Positions 1 to 7,521 of a stretch of DNA of 36,186 nt are shown in pieces. The DNA lies in the NCBI GenBank assembly GCA_947624635.1, contig CANQLF010000065.1:1-36186 (forward strand), read 5' to 3'. The notes beneath the pieces were generated by a model. That model saw nothing but the letters and a program-made list of their open reading frames with translations. It was not told the origin of the DNA and did no database searches. Numbering within the stretch: the first letter of the stretch is position 1; each line of letters opens with the position of its first letter. The translations under genes and the position numbers were made by a program. Origin of the DNA: an uncultured Bacilli bacterium (GTDB lineage: Bacteria; Bacillota_I; Bacilli_A; RF39; UBA660).

Positions 1-28
1 CAATATACTGCCGAAAATGTCAATAAAA

Positions 29-52
29 AAAAGATATTTTTTTATCTTTTTT
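29..52 (+). terminator. Terminator-like hairpin closing an off-window upstream + strand gene
   Basis: aaaagata (29-36) pairs with tatctttt (43-50) around a T loop, with more T after. It lies just after a stop at 24-26 of a + frame entering from the window edge (...YCRKCQ*). The stem is A/T only, so it is weak. Confidence 0.4.
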
Positions 53-115
53 CTTTATTCGACTGTGAATAGTAACATTTTTTTAAAATTTCTTTTTATT
101 TTTTTTAAAATATTA

Positions 116-144
116 TTGCACATAAAAAAATAATATGATATTAT
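116..144 (+). promoter_or_regulatory. Sigma-A-type promoter for the tRNA
   Basis: TTGCAC (116-121), 17-nt spacer, TATTAT (139-144), 11 nt upstream of the tRNA 5' end. Confidence 0.45.
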
Positions 145-155
145 ATAAAAGCAAT

Positions 156-232
156 GGACCTTTAGCTCAGTTGGTTAGAGCATCCGGCTCATAACCGGGC
201 GGTCGCAGGTTCGAGTCCTGCAAGGTCCACCA
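156..232 (+). tRNA. tRNA with CAT anticodon, probably the lysidine-dependent tRNA-Ile2 rather than elongator tRNA-Met
   Basis: A 77-nt cloverleaf folds by hand: acceptor GGACCTT/AAGGTCC, D arm GCTC-AGTTGGTTA-GAGC, anticodon arm TCCGG-CTCATAA-CCGGG, variable CGGTC, T arm GCAGG-TTCGAGT-CCTGC, discriminator A, encoded CCA. There is no triple G-C in the anticodon stem, so it is not an initiator. The acceptor/D region resembles Bacillus tRNA-Ile(CAU) as I remember it. Confidence 0.92.
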
Positions 233-249
233 TTTTATTTGAAAAAACG

Positions 250-272
250 CTCGGGAATTTTTCACGAGTTTT
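250..272 (+). terminator. Terminator-like hairpin after the tRNA
   Basis: ctcggga (250-256) pairs with tcacgag (262-268) with one mismatch, followed by TTTT (269-272). Confidence 0.4.
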
Positions 273-331
273 AATTTTTCTAAAATGTACAAATAAACAA
301 AATATTCATAAAATATCCTAGGAGGTACATT

Positions 332-865
332 ATGAATATTTTTCCATTATATAGAAATAGAGTAATATATAAAGTAAGACCTGGTGATTCACTTTATAGT
401 ATTGCAGAAAAATATAATACTACAACATATAATATTAAAAAACTAAATAATTTAAATAATGATTTATTAACAATAGGTCAAACCTTATATATAGATGGTG
501 ATGATAAATTAGAACATATAGGGATAGATATATGTGAAGATGAAGTAGATGATATAAAAGATAAATTTGATACATATACAGTAAAACAAAATGATTCTTT
601 ATATAAAATAGCTAAAGAATATAATACAACAGTAAATAATCTAATATATATAAATGATTTAAAAAATAATTTATTATCAGTTGGTCAAAAATTATTAGTT
701 CCACATATAGAAAATTATATAACATATGTTGTAAAAAAAGATGATTCATTATACAAAATATCTTCTAACTATAATTTAACACCTAAACAAATAATAGATT
801 TAAATAATTTAGAATCTAATATATTAGATGTAGGGCAAAAACTCAAAATACCTGTAAAAAAATAA
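332..865 (+). CDS. Protein with three LysM peptidoglycan-binding repeats (likely spore-coat or cell-wall associated)
   Basis: Three LysM motifs: YKVRPGDSLYSIAEKYNTTTYNIKKLNNLNNDLLTIGQTLYI, YTVKQNDSLYKIAKEYNTTVNNLIYINDLKNNLLSVGQKLLVP and YVVKKDDSLYKISSNYNLTPKQIIDLNNLESNILDVGQKLKIP. AGGAGG SD upstream of ATG 332. Confidence 0.85.
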   Translation: MNIFPLYRNRVIYKVRPGDSLYSIAEKYNTTTYNIKKLNNLNNDLLTIGQTLYIDGDDKLEHIGIDICEDEVDDIKDKFDTYTVKQNDSLYKIAKEYNTTVNNLIYINDLKNNLLSVGQKLLVPHIENYITYVVKKDDSLYKISSNYNLTPKQIIDLNNLESNILDVGQKLKIPVKK

Positions 866-885
866 GGAGTTGCCTTATTTTTTTG
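855..885. terminator. Bidirectional terminator between convergent genes
   Basis: aataagg (861-867), loop agttg, ccttatt (873-879), flanked by an A run on the left and a T run on the right. It overlaps both stop codons. Confidence 0.6.
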
Positions 886-2227
886 ACATTTCGATCATAT
901 ACTTCCATTCAATTGGACCTAAAGTGCCGTTTTCTTCTAAATTATTTTCACTTTGAATATACTTTATAGCTTCTTCAGTTTTGGTATCATAACACCCTGT
1001 TATATTAACCTTAGGAAAGTTAGGATTCTTTTTATTTATATCTGATAAAAATTGTTGAAGAGTAGTTACATCATCACCCATCATACCTAATGATAAAACA
1101 GTTCCGGGATAAATTTCATCTTTATAAATTAAATATTCACTAGGTAGAGTAGATAATACATTTAAATAAACTTCTTTGATTTTATTCCAAGTATTAATAT
1201 CTACAACTCCAGTAGCTTTTATATTATATTCATTTTGAAAAGAAATTACCATTTGTTTAGTATTACTATCAAACTTAGAATCAATTTCAAGTAGAGGAAT
1301 ATTGTCATCAAAATATGCGATGACCCCTAGAAAATAGTGTAGAGCTCTTATGTGATTGCCTACATCACCTAATTTTAATTCCATATTATAATCTGTTTCT
1401 ATATCTTCTAAAGTTATTCCTTCTGTATACATATCTGATAATTTTTTAACACCACTATAAATGTATTTGATCTTATACCATGTAGGTTTATCTATAATAC
1501 CAGTTACTTCTAAATCAAAAATATCTTGGAATTTTTTTATTGCATCTTCAAGTAGTACATCATAGTATTCATGAATAACTTCAAATTTAGGTAGTGCTGG
1601 ATAATTTATGGCAATTCGATTAAGTTCTCTTTTTATTATTTTTACATGGTCTAACACGTCACCCAATTTTAGAGGCACTCCTGGGTAAGATGTAACAACA
1701 TCAGTTAGTTTTGCATCTCTTATAATAGATATATCTTCTCCATAATAATGTTTTAAAATTTCTAGTGGTGTTTTACCTTGATTAGCTAGCGATACTGTTC
1801 CCCATTGTGAGAGTCCATCACATAAAGTTTTTTTACCATCACAGTATTTAGCAAAAAACGGCTCTATATGGTTACCCTTAACAATATAATTATTAAATAA
1901 TTCATCTACTATCATAGTAATATTTTCAAATAAGTCTCTACCATATATAAAAGTTTGATCATAATTAGGTAGAGAAGTTATATCAAAGTCATATCCTTTA
2001 CTTCTGTACCATTCAGTATAAATTCTATTAAGGGTGAAAGATATAATAGCCAAAACATTACACCTGATTGAAACTTCTGGCCATGATGGAAATATTTCAC
2101 TACAAGCTACATTTTTAATATAATCAGTAAAAGATACTGTTACGTTTTTACTTGGGTTATTAACGTCTCCTAAATGAACAGTAATACTAGTAGGAATAGT
2201 AGGCCTTCCAATTTGTCTATTTTCCAT
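875..2227 (-). CDS. sleC: SleC-like spore cortex-lytic enzyme (catalytic core plus three PG_binding_1-type repeats)
   Basis: ITVHLGD..NVTVSFTDYIKNVACSEIFPSWPEVSIRCNVLAIISFTLNRIYTEWYRSKGYDFDIT matches the conserved core of clostridial SleC as I recall it. It is followed by three peptidoglycan-binding repeats (LKLGDV..TGIIDKPTWYKI; LKLGDVGNHIRALH..TGVVDINTWNKI; LSLGMMGDDVTTLQQFL..NGTLGPIEWKYM). Start placed at ATG 2227 (MENRQ) because AAGGA lies 8 nt upstream; the longer ORF reaches 2257. Confidence 0.72.
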   Translation of the reverse strand: MENRQIGRPTIPTSITVHLGDVNNPSKNVTVSFTDYIKNVACSEIFPSWPEVSIRCNVLAIISFTLNRIYTEWYRSKGYDFDITSLPNYDQTFIYGRDLFENITMIVDELFNNYIVKGNHIEPFFAKYCDGKKTLCDGLSQWGTVSLANQGKTPLEILKHYYGEDISIIRDAKLTDVVTSYPGVPLKLGDVLDHVKIIKRELNRIAINYPALPKFEVIHEYYDVLLEDAIKKFQDIFDLEVTGIIDKPTWYKIKYIYSGVKKLSDMYTEGITLEDIETDYNMELKLGDVGNHIRALHYFLGVIAYFDDNIPLLEIDSKFDSNTKQMVISFQNEYNIKATGVVDINTWNKIKEVYLNVLSTLPSEYLIYKDEIYPGTVLSLGMMGDDVTTLQQFLSDINKKNPNFPKVNITGCYDTKTEEAIKYIQSENNLEENGTLGPIEWKYMIEMSKK

Positions 2228-2765
2228 TTGCTTCATCCTTAAATTTAGCATACTCAATAGGAGTCATTTCAATTTTTTGAATTGACTTAATTCCATCATA
2301 AATATAGACATCCATAATATCTTCACTATCATAATTATCGCTTTTAACACTTATTTGATAGGTTGCAGCTCCATTTAAATAATCATCTCTTCTAGATTTA
2401 GTAGGTAATATAATATCGTCTATCATTCCACTATCAGAAGTAGTTCCAGAATAAAATACTTTTTTTTCATCACCAAACATTTTATATACTTCTACTTTTA
2501 CATCTTGAACTGGGAAAAAAGTATTACCAATTAAAGTATGTATTTTTAAAGTTCCCATTCCCATATTATTTTTAATAAATTCTTCATAAGTTTCATCCTT
2601 GTCATCATGTTCATCTATTTTACTAATATGTAATATTTGGCCTACATTTAATAAAGTATTATTTAAATTATTTAATTCCATTAATTGTTTAACAGTTGTA
2701 TTAAACTTCTTAGCAATATTATATAAAGTATCACCTAATTTAACAGTATAAGTTATATCGTTCAT
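2217..2765 (-). CDS. LysM protein carrying a SleC pre/pro-region-like beta-sandwich domain
   Basis: One LysM motif (YTVKLGDTLYNIAKKFNTTVKQLMELNNLNNTLLNVGQILHI), an acidic linker, then GTLKIHTLIGNTFFPVQDVKVEVYK..., a carboxypeptidase-regulatory-like domain of the kind found at the N-terminus of SleC precursors. Stop TAG 2217-2219 overlaps the downstream start by 11 nt. Confidence 0.68.
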   Translation of the reverse strand: MNDITYTVKLGDTLYNIAKKFNTTVKQLMELNNLNNTLLNVGQILHISKIDEHDDKDETYEEFIKNNMGMGTLKIHTLIGNTFFPVQDVKVEVYKMFGDEKKVFYSGTTSDSGMIDDIILPTKSRRDDYLNGAATYQISVKSDNYDSEDIMDVYIYDGIKSIQKIEMTPIEYAKFKDEANGK

Positions 2766-2800
2766 TTTATCACCATTTAAATATATGATATAGATAAATG

Positions 2801-2828
2801 AAAAAGACTATTGAATAAATCAATAGTC
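2801..2828 (-). terminator. Rho-independent terminator of the collagen-like gene
   Basis: Perfect 9-bp stem gactattga (2806-2814) / tcaatagtc (2820-2828), followed on the minus strand by TTTTT (2801-2805). Confidence 0.7.
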
Positions 2829-2833
2829 AAAAG

Positions 2834-3733
2834 TTAATTAAGTTGTTTTACTATTAGATTAGCGCTTTCAACAGTTAAATTTAAAGTAGTTGATGCGGTA
2901 GCTTCTAATGTTAATTCGTCTCCCTCAGTTAATTCTACAATTGCAGTATTATTATAAGTAGTTTCTGTACTAGCTGCTAAAGTTATAGTTTGAGCTGTTC
3001 CATCCAAATCAGTTTGAGTTCTTCTAACAGATAAAGTAACATCTCCTGGTCCACTAGATGATATTACAGCATCATAACTTACTTCATAAATACCAGTATT
3101 TTGAATTGTAACAGTGTTACCAGTTCCTAAATCTACATTTTTAGTTGGTAGATTCGATCCTAAATCAATTGATCCATAAGTTCCAGAATCCACACTTACA
3201 TTTGATTGTTGTGTAGTGCTATATAACCCACCATAAGCATTAAGTCCATTTGCTGGTCCAGTAGGTCCTGCTGGTATTGCGAATTGTAGATTGTAACCTC
3301 CATCAATTGGTGATACATCTATATCAGGATTTCCTCCAGGTGTAGTAGCTACTGCACTAGCAGTAATAGTTGGTGCAGGTCCCGTTGGACCAGTGGCTCC
3401 TTCAGGCCCTGTTGGCCCTGTTGGTCCTTCACTTCCAGTTGGTCCTGTAGGTCCAGTAGGTCCTGCTGGAATAATGAAATCTAACATTACATCATTAGTA
3501 GTTCCGATATTTGTAACACTTGCTTCAGTACCAGGAAGTCCAGTAGTAGTTGATGCAACAGTTATAGTTGCAGCTGCAGGACCAGTTGGTCCCGTACTTC
3601 CTGTTGGACCGGTTGGTCCTGTTAACCCACTACCTATAACATAACTAATTGTTTTAGGTGGCATAGGCATAGCTGGTTTTGGTTTTATGCATTGATTCAT
3701 AAAAGTAGGACAATTACATTTGAAATTATTCAC
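2834..3733 (-). CDS. Collagen-like (GXT triplet repeat) spore-surface/exosporium protein, BclA-like
   Basis: Three G-P-T type triplet blocks ([17 protein letters not shown]; [29 protein letters not shown]; GPTGP) separated by Thr/Ser-rich beta modules, plus a C-terminal ~140-aa beta-rich globular domain. GTG start 3733 with GGAAAGGGG SD 8 nt upstream. Confidence 0.82.
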   Translation of the reverse strand: MNNFKCNCPTFMNQCIKPKPAMPMPPKTISYVIGSGLTGPTGPTGSTGPTGPAAATITVASTTTGLPGTEASVTNIGTTNDVMLDFIIPAGPTGPTGPTGSEGPTGPTGPEGATGPTGPAPTITASAVATTPGGNPDIDVSPIDGGYNLQFAIPAGPTGPANGLNAYGGLYSTTQQSNVSVDSGTYGSIDLGSNLPTKNVDLGTGNTVTIQNTGIYEVSYDAVISSSGPGDVTLSVRRTQTDLDGTAQTITLAASTETTYNNTAIVELTEGDELTLEATASTTLNLTVESANLIVKQLN

Positions 3734-3874
3734 TTTCTTAACCCCTTTCCATAGTATAATATGAAAAAATTAAATTTTAGAATTGGCATAAAACTAAAAA
3801 CATATTTGATTTTAAAAATATGAAATGTAGGAGATATAAATATATCTTCTTTTTAAATAAAATTTATTGGAGAT

Positions 3875-3903
3875 TTGAATTTGTTATGATATATTATTAA
3901 TAT
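3875..3903 (+). promoter_or_regulatory. Candidate sigma-A promoter of ldh
   Basis: TTGAAT (3875-3880), 17 nt, TAATAT (3898-3903), 22 nt upstream of the ldh start. Confidence 0.35.
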
Positions 3904-3925
3904 AGAATATGAAAGGAAAAATAAA

Positions 3926-4828
3926 ATGAACAAAATAGTAATAGTAGGTTGTGGTAATGTAGGTATGAGTTATGCTTATGCTCTACTTAATCAAAGAACT
4001 AAAGTAGAAGAACTAGTTTTGATTGATATAAATAAAGAAAAAACAATTGGTGAAGCAATGGATTTAAATCATTGCCTAGCTTTTGCGCCATCTAAAATAA
4101 AAATTAAAGCAGGGACTTATAGTGATTGTAATGACGCAACTATAATTTGTATTGCAGCAGGTAAAAATCAAGATGTAGGTGAAACTAGACTTGATTTAGT
4201 AAAGAAAAATTATGAGGTTTTTAAATCTATTATAACTGAGATAAATAAAACTAATTTTAATGGCCTTTATTTAATTGCAACTAATCCTGTCGATATAATG
4301 ACATATATAACTAAAGAATTATCTAATCTTAATTCCAATAAAGTAATAGGTAGTGGAACAATGTTAGATACCGCAAGATTAAGATATTTAATAGGGGATA
4401 AATTAAATGTTAATCCTAAAAACGTACATGCCTATATAATAGGTGAACATGGAGATAGCGAACAAGCTATATGGAGTAATGCAATTGTAGGACTTAAAAG
4501 TGTTAAAGAATTTTTAACTAAAGATGAATGTAATACTATTGAAGATGAAGTTAAAAACTCCGCCTATGAAATTATAAATAGAAAAGGCGCAACTTATTAT
4601 GGAATAGGTATGTGTTTAGTTAGAATAACTAATGCAATTCTAGATAATGATAATTCTATACTTACTTTATCTGTTTATGATGAAGATATAGATTTATATT
4701 ATGGCAGACCTGCAATATTAGATAAAAATGGCATTAAAGAAATTATAGATCTTGATTTAACAGATTATGAAAAGGAAAGATTAAATAAATCAATAAATGT
4801 AATAAATGAAATAAAAAATAATTTGTAG
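3926..4828 (+). CDS. ldh: L-lactate dehydrogenase
   Basis: N-terminal Rossmann motif IVIVGCGNVGMSYAYAL, substrate loop AAGKNQDVGETRLDLV (Gln/Arg of L-LDH), DTARLRY, catalytic IIGEHGDSE. 300 aa. Confidence 0.9.
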   Translation: MNKIVIVGCGNVGMSYAYALLNQRTKVEELVLIDINKEKTIGEAMDLNHCLAFAPSKIKIKAGTYSDCNDATIICIAAGKNQDVGETRLDLVKKNYEVFKSIITEINKTNFNGLYLIATNPVDIMTYITKELSNLNSNKVIGSGTMLDTARLRYLIGDKLNVNPKNVHAYIIGEHGDSEQAIWSNAIVGLKSVKEFLTKDECNTIEDEVKNSAYEIINRKGATYYGIGMCLVRITNAILDNDNSILTLSVYDEDIDLYYGRPAILDKNGIKEIIDLDLTDYEKERLNKSINVINEIKNNL

Positions 4829-4845
4829 TAAAGGTGTGTGAGGTA

Positions 4846-5745
4846 ATGAGTAAAATAACATGTATTGGTCATGCGGCATATGATATAACGTTTCCACTTA
4901 GTTCATATCCAGTTGAGAATACTAAAAATAGAGTAAGTAAAATGGTGTTAGGTGGAGGTGGACCTGCATCAACTGCTGCATATTTACTTGGTAAGTGGGA
5001 TGTTGATACAACATTTATTGGTATAATTGGTAAAGATATATATGGTGAAAAAATAAAGCAAGAATTAAAAAGTGTTAATGTGAATATAGATTATATGGAA
5101 GAAAGTAGTAAATATAGTACTACTTTAAGTGTAGTAATAGTATCTAAGAAAAATAATTCTAGAACTACACTTGCATACAAAAATCCTAAAATGAAAATGG
5201 AAGTTAAAGATATAGATATAAAATCAGATGTAATACTTATTGATGGACAGGAACATGAACTATCTAAAAGCATGATGGAAAAAGATAAAAAAGCTATTAA
5301 AATAATAGATGCAGGTAGATTTAATGATGAAGTTGTAGATTTATGTAAGTATGTTGATTATATTGTGTGTTCAAAAGAATTTGCTGAAAAAGTTACTAAA
5401 GTAAAAATAAATTTTAGAGATACTAATACATTTAATGAAGTATTTATAAAATTAATTGAAATGTTTCCAAATAAACAATATGTTATAACATTGGAAGATA
5501 AAGGAGCCATGTTTTTAGATGGTGAGTATGTTAGTGTTATGCCTACATATAAAATAGATGTTAAAGATACTACTGGTGCAGGTGATATTTTTCATGGAGC
5601 TTTTGCTTACGCAATAGCTAATGGATATAAATTATCTGATGCAGTAAAGTTAGGAAATATTGCAGGAGCTTTATCTGTTGGAAAAGTAGGAGCAAGAAAC
5701 TCTGTACCAAAACTAGAAGAAGTAATGAAGTTATATGAAAAATAA
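4846..5745 (+). CDS. PfkB/ribokinase-family carbohydrate kinase
   Basis: GGGGPASTAAYLLG near the N-terminus and the PfkB signature DTTGAGDIFHGAFAYAI near the C-terminus. Start moved to ATG 4846 (MSKITC) behind a GTGAGG SD; the ORF track begins at GTG 4834. Confidence 0.8.
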   Translation: MSKITCIGHAAYDITFPLSSYPVENTKNRVSKMVLGGGGPASTAAYLLGKWDVDTTFIGIIGKDIYGEKIKQELKSVNVNIDYMEESSKYSTTLSVVIVSKKNNSRTTLAYKNPKMKMEVKDIDIKSDVILIDGQEHELSKSMMEKDKKAIKIIDAGRFNDEVVDLCKYVDYIVCSKEFAEKVTKVKINFRDTNTFNEVFIKLIEMFPNKQYVITLEDKGAMFLDGEYVSVMPTYKIDVKDTTGAGDIFHGAFAYAIANGYKLSDAVKLGNIAGALSVGKVGARNSVPKLEEVMKLYEK

Positions 5746-6010
5746 TTATATAGATCCATTTACATATAATATACCTACACTAGACTTACATGGTGATGAT
5801 AGGGATACTGCTCGTATTAAAATATTAGATTTTATTTCCGATAATATAAAGATGAAAAATGATAAAATAATGATAATTCATGGAAAAGGCAGTGGACTTT
5901 TAAAAAGTATCACGCATGATATAATAAGAAATGACAAAAGAGTAGAAAAATATGAAATACCTTATTATAATGACGGAAGTACAATTGTTTGGATAAAATT
6001 TGACAAATAA
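5735..6010 (+). CDS. Small Smr-domain protein
   Basis: 91 aa with LDLHG....IIHGKGSGLLK, the Smr (MutS2 C-terminal) signature. Overlaps the kinase stop by 11 nt. Confidence 0.72.
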   Translation: MKNNYIDPFTYNIPTLDLHGDDRDTARIKILDFISDNIKMKNDKIMIIHGKGSGLLKSITHDIIRNDKRVEKYEIPYYNDGSTIVWIKFDK

Positions 6011-6101
6011 TGATAAAAGTGATATAATTTAGACATCTTGATGAGAAAAGGCATCAAAAACCGTCAAAAAAATATTTAAAATTAAAAATTTTAAATAAGT
6101 A

Positions 6102-6130
6102 TTGACAATTAATAATGAGAGTGCTAGAAT
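6102..6130 (+). promoter_or_regulatory. Sigma-A promoter of the 429-aa membrane protein gene
   Basis: TTGACA (6102-6107), 17 nt, TAGAAT (6125-6130) preceded by TGC (extended -10-like). Confidence 0.55.
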
Positions 6131-6159
6131 ATAAGGCACTAAAAAGAGGGGGAATTTTT

Positions 6160-7449
6160 ATGTACGAAGAAGAAAAGAAAAATTCGTTTATAAAGGATTT
6201 CATTATTAAGTTACTTTATATGTTCTTATTTTTATTCTTGTTTATGTGGCTTTATCCAGCACCAAAGGTAAATTTAGATGATGTAAAGGTTAAAGTTGAT
6301 AAATCAGAATTACAACCTTTATTTGAAGGAGTATTCAATGATAATATTGCGTCTATGAAAAATGCCGCTAGAAATTATTATACAATTGAAAGATTACCTA
6401 AAAATAATGGTGATTCCGATAAAATGACATTACAAGAAATGTTAAGTAAGAAATTATTAAGTCCATTTGTTGATGCAAATGGTAAAGCATGTGATGCTAA
6501 TTCATCATATGTAGAAGTAACTAGAATATCATCAGCAGAGTATACTTTAAAAGTTAATTTATCATGTAGTGATAAAACAGATTATATAGTTGAAACAATT
6601 GGATGTACAAGTGTTTGTCCAGGATGTATAGCTACACCTACAGCTGCAACAACTACAAGATCAACAACAAGTAATAGTGGAGCAAGTAGAACTGTTACTG
6701 TAGTTCAAAGACCAACAACATCACAACCATCTAACAGTAAACCAAATAATAATGGTAACAATAATGGTGGTGGAAATAGTGGTACTACTCCTAAACCACA
6801 AGAAGAAACAAAAACATACAAATATGTTAAAGATACTACAACTTGGGAACTTAATGACTCATGGACAACAGTTAAGAAAACTGGAGATGACGTAAGAGTT
6901 GCCGATACAAGATATGTATATGGTGATTATACATATGCAACTAGAACAGCTACATTTAGAACTATGTCTTGGGTAGCAAATTGGGATAGAAATAGTAATT
7001 ATAGCATTTACTTAAATTCATTACCAAGTGATGCTACAAATATTAGAATAACTTCAAGTTCTAAATTCTCAGATACATCAAACAGAAGAAGTTATGTAGA
7101 TAGTAGACGTAGATGTGAAATGTATATGGTTGGTTATGGATGTTCATCTGCTGGATCACTTGAAGATGCTCAAGTATTATCTGCACCAGTTGCTTCATTC
7201 AACTATAATATAAGTATATCTGGTAGAACTGTTCATGTAACTACTACAACTTATAGTGCATTTAGTGGTGATACTCAATATATCGAACCAATTAAATTCA
7301 CAGTAAGTTATAGAACTAGAGGAGAACGTGAACAAATTAAACAATATAAATACGAATACAAAAAAACAACAACAGATGTTAAATATTCAACATCTAAAAA
7401 TGATACAAATCTATTAAACAGTGGATACACATTTGCAGGTGAAAAATAA
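6160..7449 (+). CDS. Membrane-anchored extracytoplasmic protein of unknown function
   Basis: Start at ATG 6160 (MYEEEKKN) behind a GAGGGGG SD. One N-terminal TM helix (LLYMFLFLFLFMWLY), a Cys-containing domain (..CDANSSYVEV..LSCSD..GCTSVCPGC), a T/S/N/P-rich linker, and a C-terminal beta-rich ~210-aa domain. I recognise no family signature. Confidence 0.68.
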   Translation: MYEEEKKNSFIKDFIIKLLYMFLFLFLFMWLYPAPKVNLDDVKVKVDKSELQPLFEGVFNDNIASMKNAARNYYTIERLPKNNGDSDKMTLQEMLSKKLLSPFVDANGKACDANSSYVEVTRISSAEYTLKVNLSCSDKTDYIVETIGCTSVCPGCIATPTAATTTRSTTSNSGASRTVTVVQRPTTSQPSNSKPNNNGNNNGGGNSGTTPKPQEETKTYKYVKDTTTWELNDSWTTVKKTGDDVRVADTRYVYGDYTYATRTATFRTMSWVANWDRNSNYSIYLNSLPSDATNIRITSSSKFSDTSNRRSYVDSRRRCEMYMVGYGCSSAGSLEDAQVLSAPVASFNYNISISGRTVHVTTTTYSAFSGDTQYIEPIKFTVSYRTRGEREQIKQYKYEYKKTTTDVKYSTSKNDTNLLNSGYTFAGEK

Positions 7450-7462
7450 TAAACGAATTATC

Positions 7463-7491
7463 AAGCTTGAGTTTTGACTCAAGCTTTTTTT
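7463..7491 (+). terminator. Rho-independent terminator
   Basis: aagcttgagt (7463-7472) / actcaagctt (7477-7486), loop tttg, then TTTTT. Confidence 0.8.
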
Positions 7492-7521
7492 GTGGTATAA
7501 TTATTACAGGTGATAAAAAGT

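Noticed and set aside
3393-3644. 83-aa + strand ORF ([13 protein letters not shown]...) opposite the collagen-like gene
   Set aside because: It is the antisense reading of the GGT/CCA-rich triplet repeats, which stay open on both strands. It has no SD, and the minus-strand gene has the coherent domain structure, SD and terminator.
3870-3905. TTGTTATGATATATTATTAATA upstream of ldh as a Rex operator
   Set aside because: Only one half-site (TTGTTA) resembles the Rex consensus TTGTGAA-N6-TTCACAA or TTGTTAA-N4-TTAACAA. The second half is absent.
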